The translations under genes and the position numbers were made by a program. A DNA stretch of 61,281 nt, counting the filler, from Sphacelaria rigidula (Eukaryota): assembly GCA_964200075.2 (NCBI GenBank). It is 9 parts of 9 records of this genome, joined end to end, with 100 filler letters (N's around TTAATTAATTAA, not from the genome) between each part and the next. Parts side by side here need not be neighbours in the genome. Positions count along the whole stretch, not along the records: positions 1 to 6,721 come from CAXNAA020018426.1; positions 6,822 to 13,541 come from CAXNAA020018427.1; 7 more parts are not named here. One strand, 5' to 3'. The notes under the pieces are model-generated. The model had not been told where the DNA came from. It did not search any database and saw only the letters and a list, made by a program, of their open reading frames with translations. Positions 1 to 12,574 of the stretch are shown here, in pieces. Numbering within the stretch: position 1 is the first letter of the stretch; the number at the start of each line of letters is the position of its first letter.

Positions 1-230
1 AATATGCTGTCGCCCAGGCTGCCCCAATATATATTGATGGGACAATATGTGTTCAACCCAGTAGTACCAATATATATTGGGCGGGCAATATGTATGCAGT
101 CCCACGACATCAATATATATATTGGGGGCACAATACATGTGGAGTCTAAGGGTACCAATATATATATTACACCGGCAATATATCGCAAAATTCCAATATG
201 ATCGACTAATATATATTGGAAACATATTGT
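1..230. repeat. Cluster of AATATATATTG-like short repeats, probably a subterminal array of a DNA transposon
   Basis: CAATAT/ATATATTG motifs recur throughout 1-230. Confidence 0.5.
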
Positions 231-1650
231 AATGTCCATGGTGTGGAAGCTTTTGGCCTTTGTGCGATGAAGTCTGCCATACCGCGGTGAAACCGCAAAT
301 TACTTTATTTTAGTACCAAAACGGCGTTCTTGGGCCTTCTTTGACGTGAACAAGGAAATTCAAGCATCAGTTGATCGAGTTTTGCGACGAAAATTTGTGG
401 AGCCCATCCTTGGGTTATGCGGAGGCAGATAGTTCGCGAAAAAATGGAGAAAAACTACTTCCATCCCGTCAGACCCCCGAAAAACGGTGAAAAACTCAAG
501 AATTATAAAAACATCGTCCGTAGAAAAGTTGCGCAATGATACAAAGCATATTCACGCGAAGTTTCAGGATCTAACTCCCAATGACAACGTGAAAGTTTGC
601 GCGTTTTTGGAGGCCGTGAGCTTGAAACGTGAAACTCCTAACTACTTGGTTTTAGTGTGAAAATGTCTTTTGGGGTGAATTTGACGTCAAGTAAAAAAAA
701 ACTTGATGAAGTTTTCGAGTTCCTCCACCAAGCTTTGTACATGTGTTCCTTGGACTCTCCCGGGACACATCATTTCATTATTTTTCTTCTAGGGCACTCT
801 GTACCGCCTTTCAGGGGTCTTCATGCTGGGACCCCCGGAAGCCGGTAGAGAACGGAGAAGCCGAGATATATTGTCCAGAAAACAATTGTTCCATTTTGAG
901 CATCAATACCTACGGAACTGCCGAGTTTGAGGGCGATCTGAGCTTTTCTACAACAGATATAGGGGACACCGTCACGAGGTTCCCTGGGTCTTTCGTGCGT
1001 ATCGTTAGTGGAAATTTGACGACGCGAACACCCGACATCACCGAAACATCACAGTTTCGGGTATAATTCGACTCCCTTAGTAACCATTTCAAAAATATGA
1101 TTTTCTCGTTAGATTCCCGTGTCGATAATGGTTACTACGATTTGAAGCAAGTAGGAATTGGGTAAAAATTGGGCTTGGTATCCATAATTTTGATCTCGGA
1201 ACAATTTGAAGGGCGCTGATTGGCTGACACACATTTTCGTCCATAGCGCCACCGCTACGGCCTTGAACTATAATCCGGCTACGTCACCCTCTTCGTCTCT
1301 TCATTGCAGTCAGTACGATACCATATATGCGACTATCGGGTACGCATTACGGAAGGCATATGCTGATGACACAATTTTGGGTGATCACCGTGAACCAGCC
1401 TGTTGTGCATCCAGATGCAGAGGATGTGACTTCCACCTGCAAAACGGTACAAGTGCAGGCTCTACTTTGTTTCCAAACACCCGTAACCCTTTCAGATAAA
1501 AAATAAGAAAAAGTGGGCTCCCAAATTTAAAGAGACGCAAGATCGGTTATAATAGAAGGTGTGGGTGGATTTTTATCTCCCCCACATGAGGGGATATAAT
1601 ATTTTCGCTAGATGAATGCATTGATTGCCTGGACCGCGGTGTAACCCGTC

Positions 1651-1699
1651 ATACATACATACATACATACATACATACATACATACATACATACATACA
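1651..1699 (+). repeat. (ATAC)n microsatellite
   Basis: About 12 perfect ATAC units. Confidence 0.95.
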
Positions 1700-2089
1700 T
1701 TCGTACGTACGTACCCACGCCTGCCTTTGACGGCCGTGATGAACTATCTTGTTTGTCCATGTATACATGCATACATACGTAGAACCAAGGGTACCCGGTA
1801 TAGTTTTGTCTGCGAAATGCCGGAACGAAACAAGCCGGCGTTCAATCATGTTCACGGTCTATTATGTGTACAGGATGTGCTGTCGTGCGTGCGTATGACC
1901 AAGCATTTCAAAATTGAAAATTCAAAAGAAAGAGATGAAAAGATCAGAGAATATATCAAAATAGTACGGTCAAAACCGATGAATGATACACTGTAGAAAA
2001 GTAATGTTACACAATCAGATATTGCACCTACGCTCAATCATAGGATGGGCCACCGTCAACGTCACGCACGCGGTAAGGTCACGCGTTTC

Positions 2090-2275
2090 ACGACACGTTA
2101 CAACGCCTAAAAAACTGGTATATATGAGCCGCGACATGCACAGAATGAAACGTTACATTCTAACGTTACCTGTGTCGACAGAAACGTTATATTGGACGTT
2201 ACATGTCCCATGAAACGTTACATATTATGTTACGTGTTACGTGTAACGTGTAACGTGTAACATGTAGCATGTATA
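2090..2275. repeat. ACGTTAC/GTAACGT short-repeat cluster
   Basis: Repeated AAACGTTAC and GTAACGT motifs in both orientations. Confidence 0.6.
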
Positions 2276-2613
2276 CCTCTGGAAAAAAAAATCTCCTTGA
2301 CCCCAAATTTCTTTTTTGAGACATCCTAGCAATTTTCCATACCAAACTTGAAAGTCCAACTTTCGAAATTTAGGTGAGATTTGATTGATTTTGGTCGATT
2401 GTCGCACTTTAACTGACCCCTCAGGGGTCTAGCCGTGGTCACACGAAACACTGGCTGAAAAAAAAGAAGGAACAAAACAAAGTCGAACAGAAGAACATAG
2501 TAGACCAAGACGTGAAATAGATAAATATTGAAATATAAAGTAAACAAAAGCAAAGAACAGAAAGAAACGGCCGATCTAAACAAACTAGGTGAGAATTAAT
2601 GATTTTACACGTC

Positions 2614-3647
2614 GGACAGATCAGCTCCCTGTAGCTCGAGCTAGCTCTTTTTGAGCGTAGCTTCCTAGTGAGCTATGAGAGCTGTATGAGCTACGCATGT
2701 TTACCGCACGTGAGCTACCAACCCGTAGCTTCATCACCTCATATTCGTCCTGGGTGAGCCATGGGAGCTGTATGAGCTACGCACGTTTGCGATAGGTGAG
2801 CTACCAACCCGTAGCTCATCAGCTCAGAGTCGTCCTGGATGAGCTTCCAATCCGTAGCTCATCAGCTCATACTAGCCCTGGGTGAGCTGTGAGAGATGCA
2901 TGACCTACACATGTTTGCCCTGATGAGCTATAAGAGCTATAAGAGCTATGATTGTTCATCCCTTTGACCGCGAGGGCAGGAGGTCTCTGAATCGGCATCA
3001 TTCACACCCGAAAAATCAAGTGAAATATGCTGATTTATCAGATCGCCAACCCTTCCGGTCAAAGGGCTCACCCCTTGATGGCGAGCATATGTCATGTGTT
3101 GAACCGGCTCCAATTTCACTTGAATAACGTATGCATGATCAGACAGACTCGTACCCTCGCGGCCAACCGATCAAAAGAAATGGAAAGGTCGATTATTGTA
3201 GAAACTGAAGAATAATGTTTTTTTCAACCATCCAACCGAGCGAACGAGGATATGTGTAGGCTTATTTTCTTCCTATCGCGAAGAGTGAGGCGAAACATCA
3301 CAACCTAATGATATGTGGCGCCATCCGTTCGAACAAGAATGTTACATCACAGGCAACACGGAGTTGGCCAGCGGCGAGCTAGGCATATGACGTGAATGAG
3401 CCACGACCATGTGTCCCTGGGGTGAGCTACCGAACGTAGCTCATCCGCATATGTTTTCCCTGGGTGAGCTACCAACCCGTAGCTCATCAGCTCAGATTCG
3501 TCCTGGGTGAGCTACCAACCCATAGCTCATCAGCTCAGATTCGCCCTGGGTGAGCTGCCAACTCGTAGCTCATCAGCGCACGTTTACCTTGTGTTGAGCT
3601 ATTGGACGTAGCTCATATGTACATGTTTGACTACAACTGAGCTGTCC
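2614..3647. mobile_element. Non-autonomous TIR DNA transposon with GAGCTAC/GTAGCTC subterminal arrays
   Basis: Ends GGACAGATCAG / CTGAGCTGTCC. Arrays of GGGTGAGCTACCAACCCGTAGCTCATCAGCTCA at about 2630-2950 and 3410-3645. Possible degenerate 8-bp TSD TACACGTC/TACATGTG. Confidence 0.6.
2960..3066. mobile_element. piggyBac-like mini-MITE nested in the 2614-3647 element
   Basis: TIR CCCTTTGACCG...CGGTCAAAGGG. Internally similar to 30817-30918. TTAA flanks are not intact. Confidence 0.6.
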
Positions 3648-3851
3648 TACATGTGAATGATTTAGAGCCTGGGGCGATCGAGATTCGGAACAGTATTTTG
3701 CAGACAATTTACAAGCCCAGTGTTAGTTTTTGTGCTTTGAAATTTCGTGTGGAGAATCACTAGGGAAAATAACAGAGATAATTAGGATATGGTGATTTTT
3801 TCGCGTTAGTTGATGACGCTTTAGAGTCGTAAGGACCGTTTTTTTCACAAA

Positions 3852-4720
3852 AACCCTTTAGGGACTAGGCCTCCAGAACGATCAATGAGGCTGGTTAGGA
3901 ATGACTTGTCCTGCATATGCATGAAACAGTAGCTTCATGTTGCTGAAAATCCACGTATGTATGTAACCGCAGGGTTAGAGGAAGACCGAAAGTTTCATCC
4001 AATCTAGCTTCAGGTGCAGGTACAAACTGTGCTGTGTTTCGTGTATTGTGCGCATCAGGCAATGTGCAGATGTATCAAGCAGTATGAGTAGCCGTGCAGA
4101 GCTTTCAACAGGTGTGACGACCGCCGTCCGCCACTTGTGGCCTTGGATATTGTCCCCATCACATTGCCATACAGCCCTTTGTGGTCGGGGTGGGCCGCGA
4201 TTTCCCTCTTTGTTGCAAGCGACTAATTCTGTCCGAACGGCATCGGCGTTGCACCGCACATACAGTACAGTACGACTCTTCGAATGCAGCAGCAGCTCTC
4301 GCTGCATACTCCCTCACACGTTCTGGGCAGTTCTCCCCGACGGAGATCAACTGCCTATACGCCGCTTGTACCGCCTCGACAGAGGGATACGCGGAACTCA
4401 TGCCTCTAGCTTCGTCTCTCGTCCCACAGCGTCGCTACATTCAGTCGCCTTGTGAACATGACCACATATACAGTAGGGTACATTTAATCCCGAATTTCCC
4501 CCGAGCACTGTATGTTAGTGTGATCAACTGGGTTTTACTATAGGATGGTGACACAAAAAAATCGAGGGAGTGGAGGTCAGACCTATATAAAATGCAAGTA
4601 AATGTTGAAAAATCGGGAAACCGAGCCCCGAACACCGCGGCTTTCCTTTGCTTCGAAAGCTTTTCTGTGGGCCAGGGACAGGGAACACACACCAACTTGA
4701 CAGTGACATCACTCCCGGTG

Positions 4721-4764
<44 letters not shown>

Positions 4765-4900
4765 ACTGGTCGTTCGGATGTGGTCAATGAATTTCGCCTC
4801 GCCGTGATTGGGCGGATCCCTCCCAGACTTGTTCACTATTATTTTACTACAGTAATGAATAGTGAACCCCTTGTTACTGAAGTTCAGTCCCAAAAGGGGT
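3852..4900. repeat. Diverged tandem duplication of about 1.05 kb, copy A
   Basis: Colinear with 5105-6153 from GGGACTAGGCCTCCAGAACGA through GTGAACCCCTTGTTACTG...TTCAGTCCCAAAA. Confidence 0.9.
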
Positions 4901-5104
4901 AATTCACAAAAAAAATGGAGGCACAATTTTTGTGTTAGCAGTATACCCTTGCGATTCTCCATACTCACTTTGTCTGTGTCAATGAAATATGGCTGTGAGA
5001 GCATGCTTTTGCAATCAAATCAATCGACGTTGCTCGTGGCACGGCAGGAATTCCAACAAGCTAGGTAGATCAACGCGTCGTTTTTCCTTTTTTTTTTTCA
5101 CGTC

Positions 5105-6153
5105 AACCCTCTTGGGACTAGGCCTCCAGAACGACCAATGAGGCTAGTTAGGAATGACGTGTCTGGCGTATGCACGGAACAATGGCTTCATGTTGCTGAA
5201 AACCCACGTGTGTAACCCCATGGTTAGGAGGAAGACCGAAAGTTTCATCCAATCTATTTTCAGGTGCAGGTACAAGCTGTGATTCGGGTGCTGTGCGCAT
5301 CAGGAAATGCACATATGTACCAAGCAGTATGGGTCGCCGCAGAGAGCTTTCAATAGGGTGTAGCGACGGCCGCCCGCCACCTGTGGCTTTGGATGATATT
5401 ATTGTCCCCATCACCTTGCCACGCAGCCGTTTGTGGTCGGGGTGGGCCGCGATTTCCCTCTTTGTTGCAAGCGGCAAATTCTCTTCGAAGGGCATGGGCG
5501 TTGCGGCGCACATACAGTGCAGTACGCTTCTCTGACTGCAGCAGGAGCTGCCGCAGCATACTCCCTTACACGTTCTGGGCAGTTCTCTGCAACGGAGATC
5601 AGCTACCTATGCACAGCTTGTTGGTTCCCATCGGTTACATATTAACTCATTGCATGCTGTACCGCCTCAACAGAAGGATACGCGGAACTCATGCCTTAAG
5701 CTCCGTCTTTCGTTCCATGGCGTTGCTAGATTCAGTCGCCTTGTGAAGATGACCACATATATAGTAGGGTGCACTTTTCCTATGATTTCCCCGTTCACCC
5801 TGTGTTGGTGTAATTACTACGTTTTACAATAGGATGATGACCCAAAAAAAATCGGGGGAAATGGCGAAGGACCTATATAAAGTGCAACTGAACGGCAAAA
5901 AAACGGGAAAGAGCTCGCCGACCATCGCGGCTTTCTTTTGCTTTGAAGGTTTTTTGTGGACCAGGGACAGGGTACACACAAAATCGGCAGTGATATCACA
6001 CCCGGCGACAGCCCCCCCAACTGGTCGGTCGGATGTGGTCGATGAATTTCGCCTCGCCGTGATTGGGCAGGTCGCTCCCAGACTTTTTTATTATCATTTT
6101 ACAAACACATAGTGAACCCCTTGTTACTGTCTGTGCTTCAGTCCCAAAAAGGT
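5105..6153. repeat. Diverged tandem duplication of about 1.05 kb, copy B
   Basis: Colinear with 3852-4900. The minus-strand frame MSSAYPSVEAVQ... carries stops in this copy. Confidence 0.9.
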
Positions 6154-6556
6154 GAAGTCGTTCGGGGTGTACTCAAAAACTATGATACACACCCTGCAGT
6201 TACAGTCTTGAGACTGCAGAACCAGCATTGTTGGGTAACCTCCGCGTATTCTCTATTTGGTCTTCCGTTTTACGTTCATGTGGTGTCGGTCCTGCAGCAA
6301 TGGGGGAGCAGAAATGCTAGCCTACATGTATCCCGGGATGGTCTCGCCCCAAGCTAGACCAGGGCACAACCTCACCCTGACCATGGACCTGGACAATCTC
6401 CCGATGCCCCCGGATCAACTACTGAAGCGGTGAGTTCCACCGATGGGGAGGATTTAGGAGGGGGTGTACTCGTAGTCTCCAATGAGTTGGGAAGGAGGGT
6501 GTACTTATGGTCTTGCATGGCGTAGTCATGTGACCATTGGCCTCTTTGAGCTGATT

Positions 6557-6648
6557 GGGGGGGGGCGTGCTCATTTGTTACTGGCCCTAGTCGTTTGACG
6601 ATTGACCACGCATCCCTTTCGACACGGAGCACCGTTCCTCCTCCTAAT
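6557..6648 (+). repeat. High-copy dispersed repeat of about 90 bp starting with a G-run (other copies 13473-13541, 13642-13703 minus, 37762-37854, 39536-39613, 54408-54461, 54562-54620 minus, 60976-61073)
   Basis: Consensus G(n)CGTACTCATTTGTTGCTTGCCTTAGTCGTTTGACCATTGACCACGCATCCCTTTCGAGACGGAGCACCGTTCCTACTCCTAAT. Several contig ends break inside it. Confidence 0.9.
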
Positions 6649-6721
6649 GTTTGGGGGGAGGGTAGGATGTACTCATGATCATGCATGCCATAGTCATCAG
6701 ACCATTGACCTCGCATCCCTA

Positions 6722-6821
6722 NNNNNNNNNNNNNNNNNNNNNNNNNNNNNNNNNNNNNNNNNNNNTTAATTAATTAANNNNNNNNNNNNNNNNNNNNNNN
6801 NNNNNNNNNNNNNNNNNNNNN
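6722..6821. other. Artificial contig-joining spacer (first of 8; others at 13542, 20362, 27182, 34002, 40822, 47642, 54462)
   Basis: N44-TTAATTAATTAA-N44 (stop codons in all frames). Starts recur every 6820 bp, leaving 6720-bp segments between them. Confidence 0.98.
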
Positions 6822-8414
6822 TCCCGTCCTCGGCGTGCTGTGAGCAGTATTCGGCCTTCTTGCTTCCCACTAGCCCAAACGACGCCAGCTTGAAGCAGCT
6901 ATCGCGGGAGCACGTGCTTTTCCTGACATTCACCATCCCGTCCTCGGCGTGCTGTGAGCAGTATTCGGCCTTCTTGCTTCCCACTAGCCCAAACGACGCC
7001 AGCTTGAAGCAGCTATCGCGGGAGCACGTGCTTTTCCTGACATTCACCATCCCGTCCTCGGTGTGCTGTGAGCAGTATTCGGCCTTCTTGCTTCCCACCA
7101 ACCCATACGACGCGTTCTTGGAGCAGCCCTCGCGGGAGCACGCGTTGTTCATGACATTCACCATCCCGTCCTCGGTGTGCTGTAAGCAGAATTCCGCCTT
7201 CTTGCTTCCCACCAAACCAAACGACGCCCGCTTCGAGCAATTGTCGCGGGAGCACGTATTTCTCCAGACGTCCACCATCCCGTCCTCGGCGTGCTGTGAG
7301 CAGCGTTCCGCCTTCTTGCTTCCCGCCAACCCAAACGACGGCTGTTTGAAGCAGCTGTCGCTTGAGCACGTGTTTTTTCTGACGTTCACCATCCCGTCCC
7401 CGGCGTGCTGTGAGCAAAATTCCGCCTTCTTGCTTCTACGCAAACCAAACGACGCCTGCTTGGAGCAGCCCTCGCGGGAGCACGTGTTTTTTCTGACGTT
7501 CACCATTCCGTCCCCGGCGTGCTGTGAGCAGAATTCCGCCTTCTTGCTTCCCGCCAACCCAAACGACGCCCGCTTGCAGCAGCTGTCGCGGCAGCATGTG
7601 CTCGTGACACTCACCATTCCGTCTCCGGCGTGATGTGAGCAGAACACTCGCGTCCTGCTACCCGCTAACCCATACGACGGCTGTTTGAAGCAGCCATCGC
7701 TTGAGCACGTGTTTTTTCTGACGTTCACCATCCCGTCCCCGGCGTGCTGTGAGCAGAATTCCGCCTTCTTGCTTCCCGCTAACCCATACGACGGCTGCTT
7801 GGAGCAGCCCTGGCGGGAGCACGTGTTTTTTCTGACGTTCACCATCCCGTCCCCGGCGTGCTGTGAGCAAAATTCCGCCTTCTTGCTTCCCGCTAACCCA
7901 AACGACGCCTGCTTGGAGCAGCTGTCGCGGGCGCACGTACTTGTCCTGACGTTCACCATCCCGTCTCCGGCGTGCTGTGAGCAGAATTCCGCCTTCCCGC
8001 TTCCTGCCAACCCAGAAGACGGTTTTGTGAAGCAGCTGTCGTGGGCGCACGTGTTATTTGTGACATTCAACATTCCGTCCTCGGCGTGCTGTGAGCAGAA
8101 TTCCGCCTTCTTGCTTCCCGTCGATCCAAACGACGCCTGCTTGGAGCAGCCGTTGTGGGAGGAAGTGTTGCTGCTGACATTCACCACCTCGTGCTCGGCA
8201 TCTCGTGCGCAAAACGACCGCTTTTTTTTCCCTGCCAACCCAAGCGACGCCTGCTTGTAGTAACCCTCATCAGAGCAGGTATTCTTCGTTACATTCACCA
8301 TCCTATCCTTGGCATGCTGTGAGCAAAACTCCGCTTTTTTGCTTCCTGCCACCCAAACGACGGCTGCATGGAGCAGCCCTTTCTGAAGTACGCCTCTTTC
8401 TTGACATTCATCAT
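6822..8414 (-). CDS. EsV-1-7 cysteine-rich repeat protein (partial; 3' end cut by contig end; first repeat frameshifted)
   Basis: 14 tandem units of about 38 aa (114 bp), MVNVxxxxCxxxxCxKxxSFGLAGSKKAEFCSQHAxDG, matching the C-x4-C-x16-C-x2-H EsV-1-7 motif of phaeoviruses and brown algae. The frame is open from about 8350 to 6822. Confidence 0.9.
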
Positions 8415-11400
8415 CCTGCCAAACTGACGGGATTTTGCAACATTGGCAGCGTAGGTAGCAGTAAACAAGCCAGCCATTCCGTTGTATGATTCGCCACATT
8501 CGCCTATATCAATTACACAACGGCGGTACTACAGACTGTGGAAGGCGTTGTTCAACGAGAACTGTTGTAGTGCCGTCTCCTGCATACCCTAATTCCACGA
8601 CTGTGCAATTTGGTACTGCAGTGCTCTGTCCCATGAGGGGTGAATCACAGCGTTGTCGAGAAAATCGTGGACTGCCTGTGCAGAACTGCTGCACATCATA
8701 TTGGCTCTAATGTCGGTATGCCAACAGTACCTAAAACACATCTAGGAGTGCAAATGCGGCCAGCTTTACCCGGGCTATACAGCTTCCATGTATGGCAACA
8801 TGCTGCAGGTCATGTGTGGAACGTGTCAGGTTGATAACGCATATCTGGTGATATTTTCAGGGTATGACACACAATCCGTTGCCCCCGCCCCCGCCCCTCG
8901 CGACCAGGTTTGACCTCTGCGGTAGGCAACTGGGCGTTTACCAGTTTTCCAGGATACGGTATTTTGCTGCAACGCGCATCACATATCCTCTTCATCTCGA
9001 GACATCATTTCCACGAGTACTGAGACGCACACCTCCCAACATTTTCACCTTCATATCGGCGGCAACCTCCTGAGCATGGTACATATCACCATGTGTCATA
9101 ATAGAAGACGAGGCAGCCTGGAGAGGTGCAAGTGCTCGTATAACCCCTGCTGCATAATTTTATCCTCTTGCCGTCTACTTGCTGCTCGTACTGTACACGC
9201 AAAATGTTCCGTGAATGGAAACCTGTGCGTGGGCTTGGTATTGCGTCGCAGCCACTTTTTTTCATCATATCGTCAGAGTTACAGAACAATCCAATGGGTA
9301 TTGCGATGTACCTACCTTAACCTCTCGCACAAACCCTCATTTCTGCGAGTACAGCGACACGGGTCACGATCTGTCTAATAAAAACATCGGTTGGAATCCT
9401 CCTACTTCAGCAACTAGCTCAACTCTTTGGGTTCCAAAGGCAGGTTCAAGGTGGTCTTCTGATAGAGCACACAGATCCACGGCGGTGAGTACTACAGACA
9501 GCAGGAAGCCAACGACTCTGAAACAGAATAATGCCGTGCAATCAGTGCAAACAACAGTACAGCATCAACTCATGAGGGATGTTCATTGTATCCTACACGG
9601 TCGCACACTGCGTGCAGCAAACGTTGCGTGTCGGCAGCAGGGTTGCTACAATCAAAATTACTGCGGCTTCGTAACTTCGCGAGCTTAATTGCAACTGTGT
9701 TTTCGCGCGACCGCTTCGGGTTCAGGATATGCACTGGTGATTAACTGACCGTCCAGTACTGTACTGTACAACCACGGTACAGTCGTTGCATTACAATACT
9801 GCCCACGCAATACAGTAATATGTTTAGTTACCCAATAACATACAGCACAGATGCACCACGCTCTCTAAATCCTTCACACTGTACTCCCTGGAGGTTGCGT
9901 AAAATGTAAGCCACATAACACGGCGCGCGGTAGTTATCGCGATCAGTATCTTCTGTCATCAGAGTGGGGTGGGTGCTCCTGAACATGGAACCCCACGTAC
10001 ACTGTTCACTTGCATCCTTAAGCACGAGTATGCCAAAGGCAAAATAGTTTTGTGCCGTACTATGCATGCAGTAGTCGCGTCTGAACACTTACGACGGGGT
10101 CAGACAGATTTCCATGCTGGTGCCACGAGTGCCCGAAACTTTGAAAGGTTACACCGTATCCCCTAAAGCTGAAATTTGGCGGTCACGGAGCATGAGGGGG
10201 GATGGAGGTTCCAGGGAATTCTGTGCGCCCTCTTGAGTGTATGATTGTTATCTGGCGTGCGTGTAGTAAGTTCCCATCGTATGATTTCGAACGGCCACAA
10301 CATACTCGATGACTGCTATCGGTCATGCTTGACCCAAGTCATTATCTGGACCATACCAAAGTCGAGTAGTGAACGTACCTGTGTACCATATCTACCAAGT
10401 TAGATATTTTTCATCTCAAGCCACGCAATTACTTTTACCTCATGAGTTTAGAATATGCACAACGTACTCAAATGATCATGGCTTTACCTGATCGAAGTGA
10501 AGCAGTTGGCTTCTACTGAAACCAAGTTTGTCATCCCCTGGTGTCTTCCCTGTTTCTGGGGACAGCGACTAGACAACGCTTCCGGTCGCATCGAAAGTAA
10601 ATCGCTCGCGCCCATCTTTGTGTGGAATTCTACATAACAGTATCCCTACATAAGACATTATCTGTGCAACAACCGAACACAGCACGGGGCGTGCTCGTGC
10701 TCGTGTATACCGAGGGCCTGCGAACTAATTGTGGAATACACCAGGTCGTGGCATTCGTGGCGGTTAATATTGTGTTTTAGTGTGACGTGTTCAAGAGCCT
10801 CCGTTGCTTGCTACCGATTGAACTAGTGGCACCAGCTACCATGGGGCAGTAATGGAAGCAAAGGGTAGACCGTTCCATCTGTACATACACAATCAATGAA
10901 AAGAGAAACGCATCAGTTGAGACGCCGAAAGTACTGTACAACAAGGTGATTGGCGGCCCTCATCGCCCTGGTACGTGCATCGATTCCGAGCTCCTTGATA
11001 AACACATTCAAGTAGATCGCCCTTTGTCCAGTCTCTAGAATATTTATAGAAATTGAAGCCCGATCTCCCGTGTCACGGAGGCCCCCTCTGGTGCTCGTAC
11101 TGCGGTGGAGGGTGGGGCTGTGTTTGGATTGCTGGTAACCCAATGACCGCTACGGTGACTGATCAGAGTCTCGTACTCATCGAGTGAACATTGTACTCAT
11201 TTGGCAAACATGGTTCCCACGCTCTCAAAGGTTGACCCTTCAACAGCCAGAGGGGTTTTCTGCTGAATCGGTATCATTAACATTTGAAACAGAAAATCCT
11301 GAAACCCATGCACAGAAAAAGAGGTCGTGAGGTACGATAAATGACGTTATGTTCCATACATTGCGGATGGAAGTCAAAGTGGATATTAGGCAATTATGTC

Positions 11401-11649
11401 GATTCGGGCGCAAGTCAAATCGCACGGCTCTAGACGGAAACATCAAGGCCTGCGGCTGACAAGGTTGCGCTCAGCGAGAGTTCTCAGCCAAGGCAATGTA
11501 CGAGCTGGGCCAGCCTAGACACGGGTTTAAGCTCTCAAAGCAATATCTGGTCGACACGGAAGAGTTGGACCATGATCTGCATATTATATTAGTCGTCCAA
11601 CCAAGGGAAAGGTGCCCATCTACTCAAAATTTTGGGCCCATATTTTTTC

Positions 11650-12160
11650 GTTTAATTCCTAAACCTAACGGAGATAGCGTCCAAACAAAAATCTCAATGG
11701 ACTCCCCGATCGATGCACTCAGCGGATGACGACGAATTTTGGTGTGGACATTCCCTGGAGCATGGGGAGACGATAGATACCCTCATCTTCACCTAATTCG
11801 TAATCTATCTCGAGATATGGCGCACATAAGTTTTCATACTAAAATCAGTATATTACGAGCAGGTGCGCTAGATTAGCTGAACGTGGATATCGCGCATCAG
11901 TTTTTAACAGTTATGCTATATAATTTCGTATGGAGAACCACTAGTGCAAAATAAAGTTTATAAACACAGCTTTTTCAATTTTTTCGTTTTTTTTTCATTC
12001 TTTTGGGGTTCTTGAGGCAGTTTCATGGAGAAATGAACACTGATTTTGGGCCTTATCTCATTTTTTTAGCTCAATTTTTATAATTGTAACTTGAAACTCA
12101 GCATGGAGGACCACAGAGGTATGCAAAAAATGAAAAATAAATGGGCCTTCATTTTTTTTA
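11650..12160 (+). repeat. Dispersed repeat; diverged reverse-complement copy at about 26420-26902
   Basis: Shared blocks such as CCTAACGGAGATA, CCCCGATCGAT, TCTATCTCGAGAT, GGCGCACATAAGTTT and AGAGGTATGC. Confidence 0.8.
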
Positions 12161-12359
12161 GAGAGGTTCAGGCGTTCTCGTGAAAAAATGATCTTCACCA
12201 GACTTGAACGCCCTGAACCAATAAAGAAAAAAAAAAAAACGACATGACCCACTTTGTTTTGTCGATCATGGCCTAGCCACGCCCCGCACAAAGTTTCAAT
12301 ACACAAACAACAAACGTGGGCCGGTAATGGCCTGCAAGATACTGTTCCGAATTTCTTCT

Positions 12360-12574
12360 GACCCTGAAATTCGGTATAGACAATGAGTAGGGCATAATGA
12401 AAAAAAATTACTGGCGCACACAAGTTATTATTTTTTGTTCATGAGTACGGGCAATAATCAGTTTTGAAATATCGGTAAAATGCCCCTTAAACTCATGGGA
12501 AAAAAGAGACCTTGTGTGCGCCAGTAATTGTTTTTATTATGCCCTACTCATTGTTCATACCAAATTTCAGGGTC
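12360..12574. repeat. Imperfect palindrome of about 215 bp (foldback); related sequence at about 49205-49360
   Basis: GACCCTGAAATTCGGTAT...TTACTGGCGCACACAAG pairs with CTTGTGTGCGCCAGTAA...ATACCAAATTTCAGGGTC. Confidence 0.8.

Noticed and set aside
4441..5004. Poly-Gly/poly-Pro ORFs (also around 38242-38879 and 58270-58690)
   Set aside because: Generated by G/C homopolymer runs, with no domain signal.
6860..8260. Plus-strand and alternative-frame repetitive ORFs over the EsV-1-7 gene
   Set aside because: Shadow ORFs produced by the 114-bp coding repeat.
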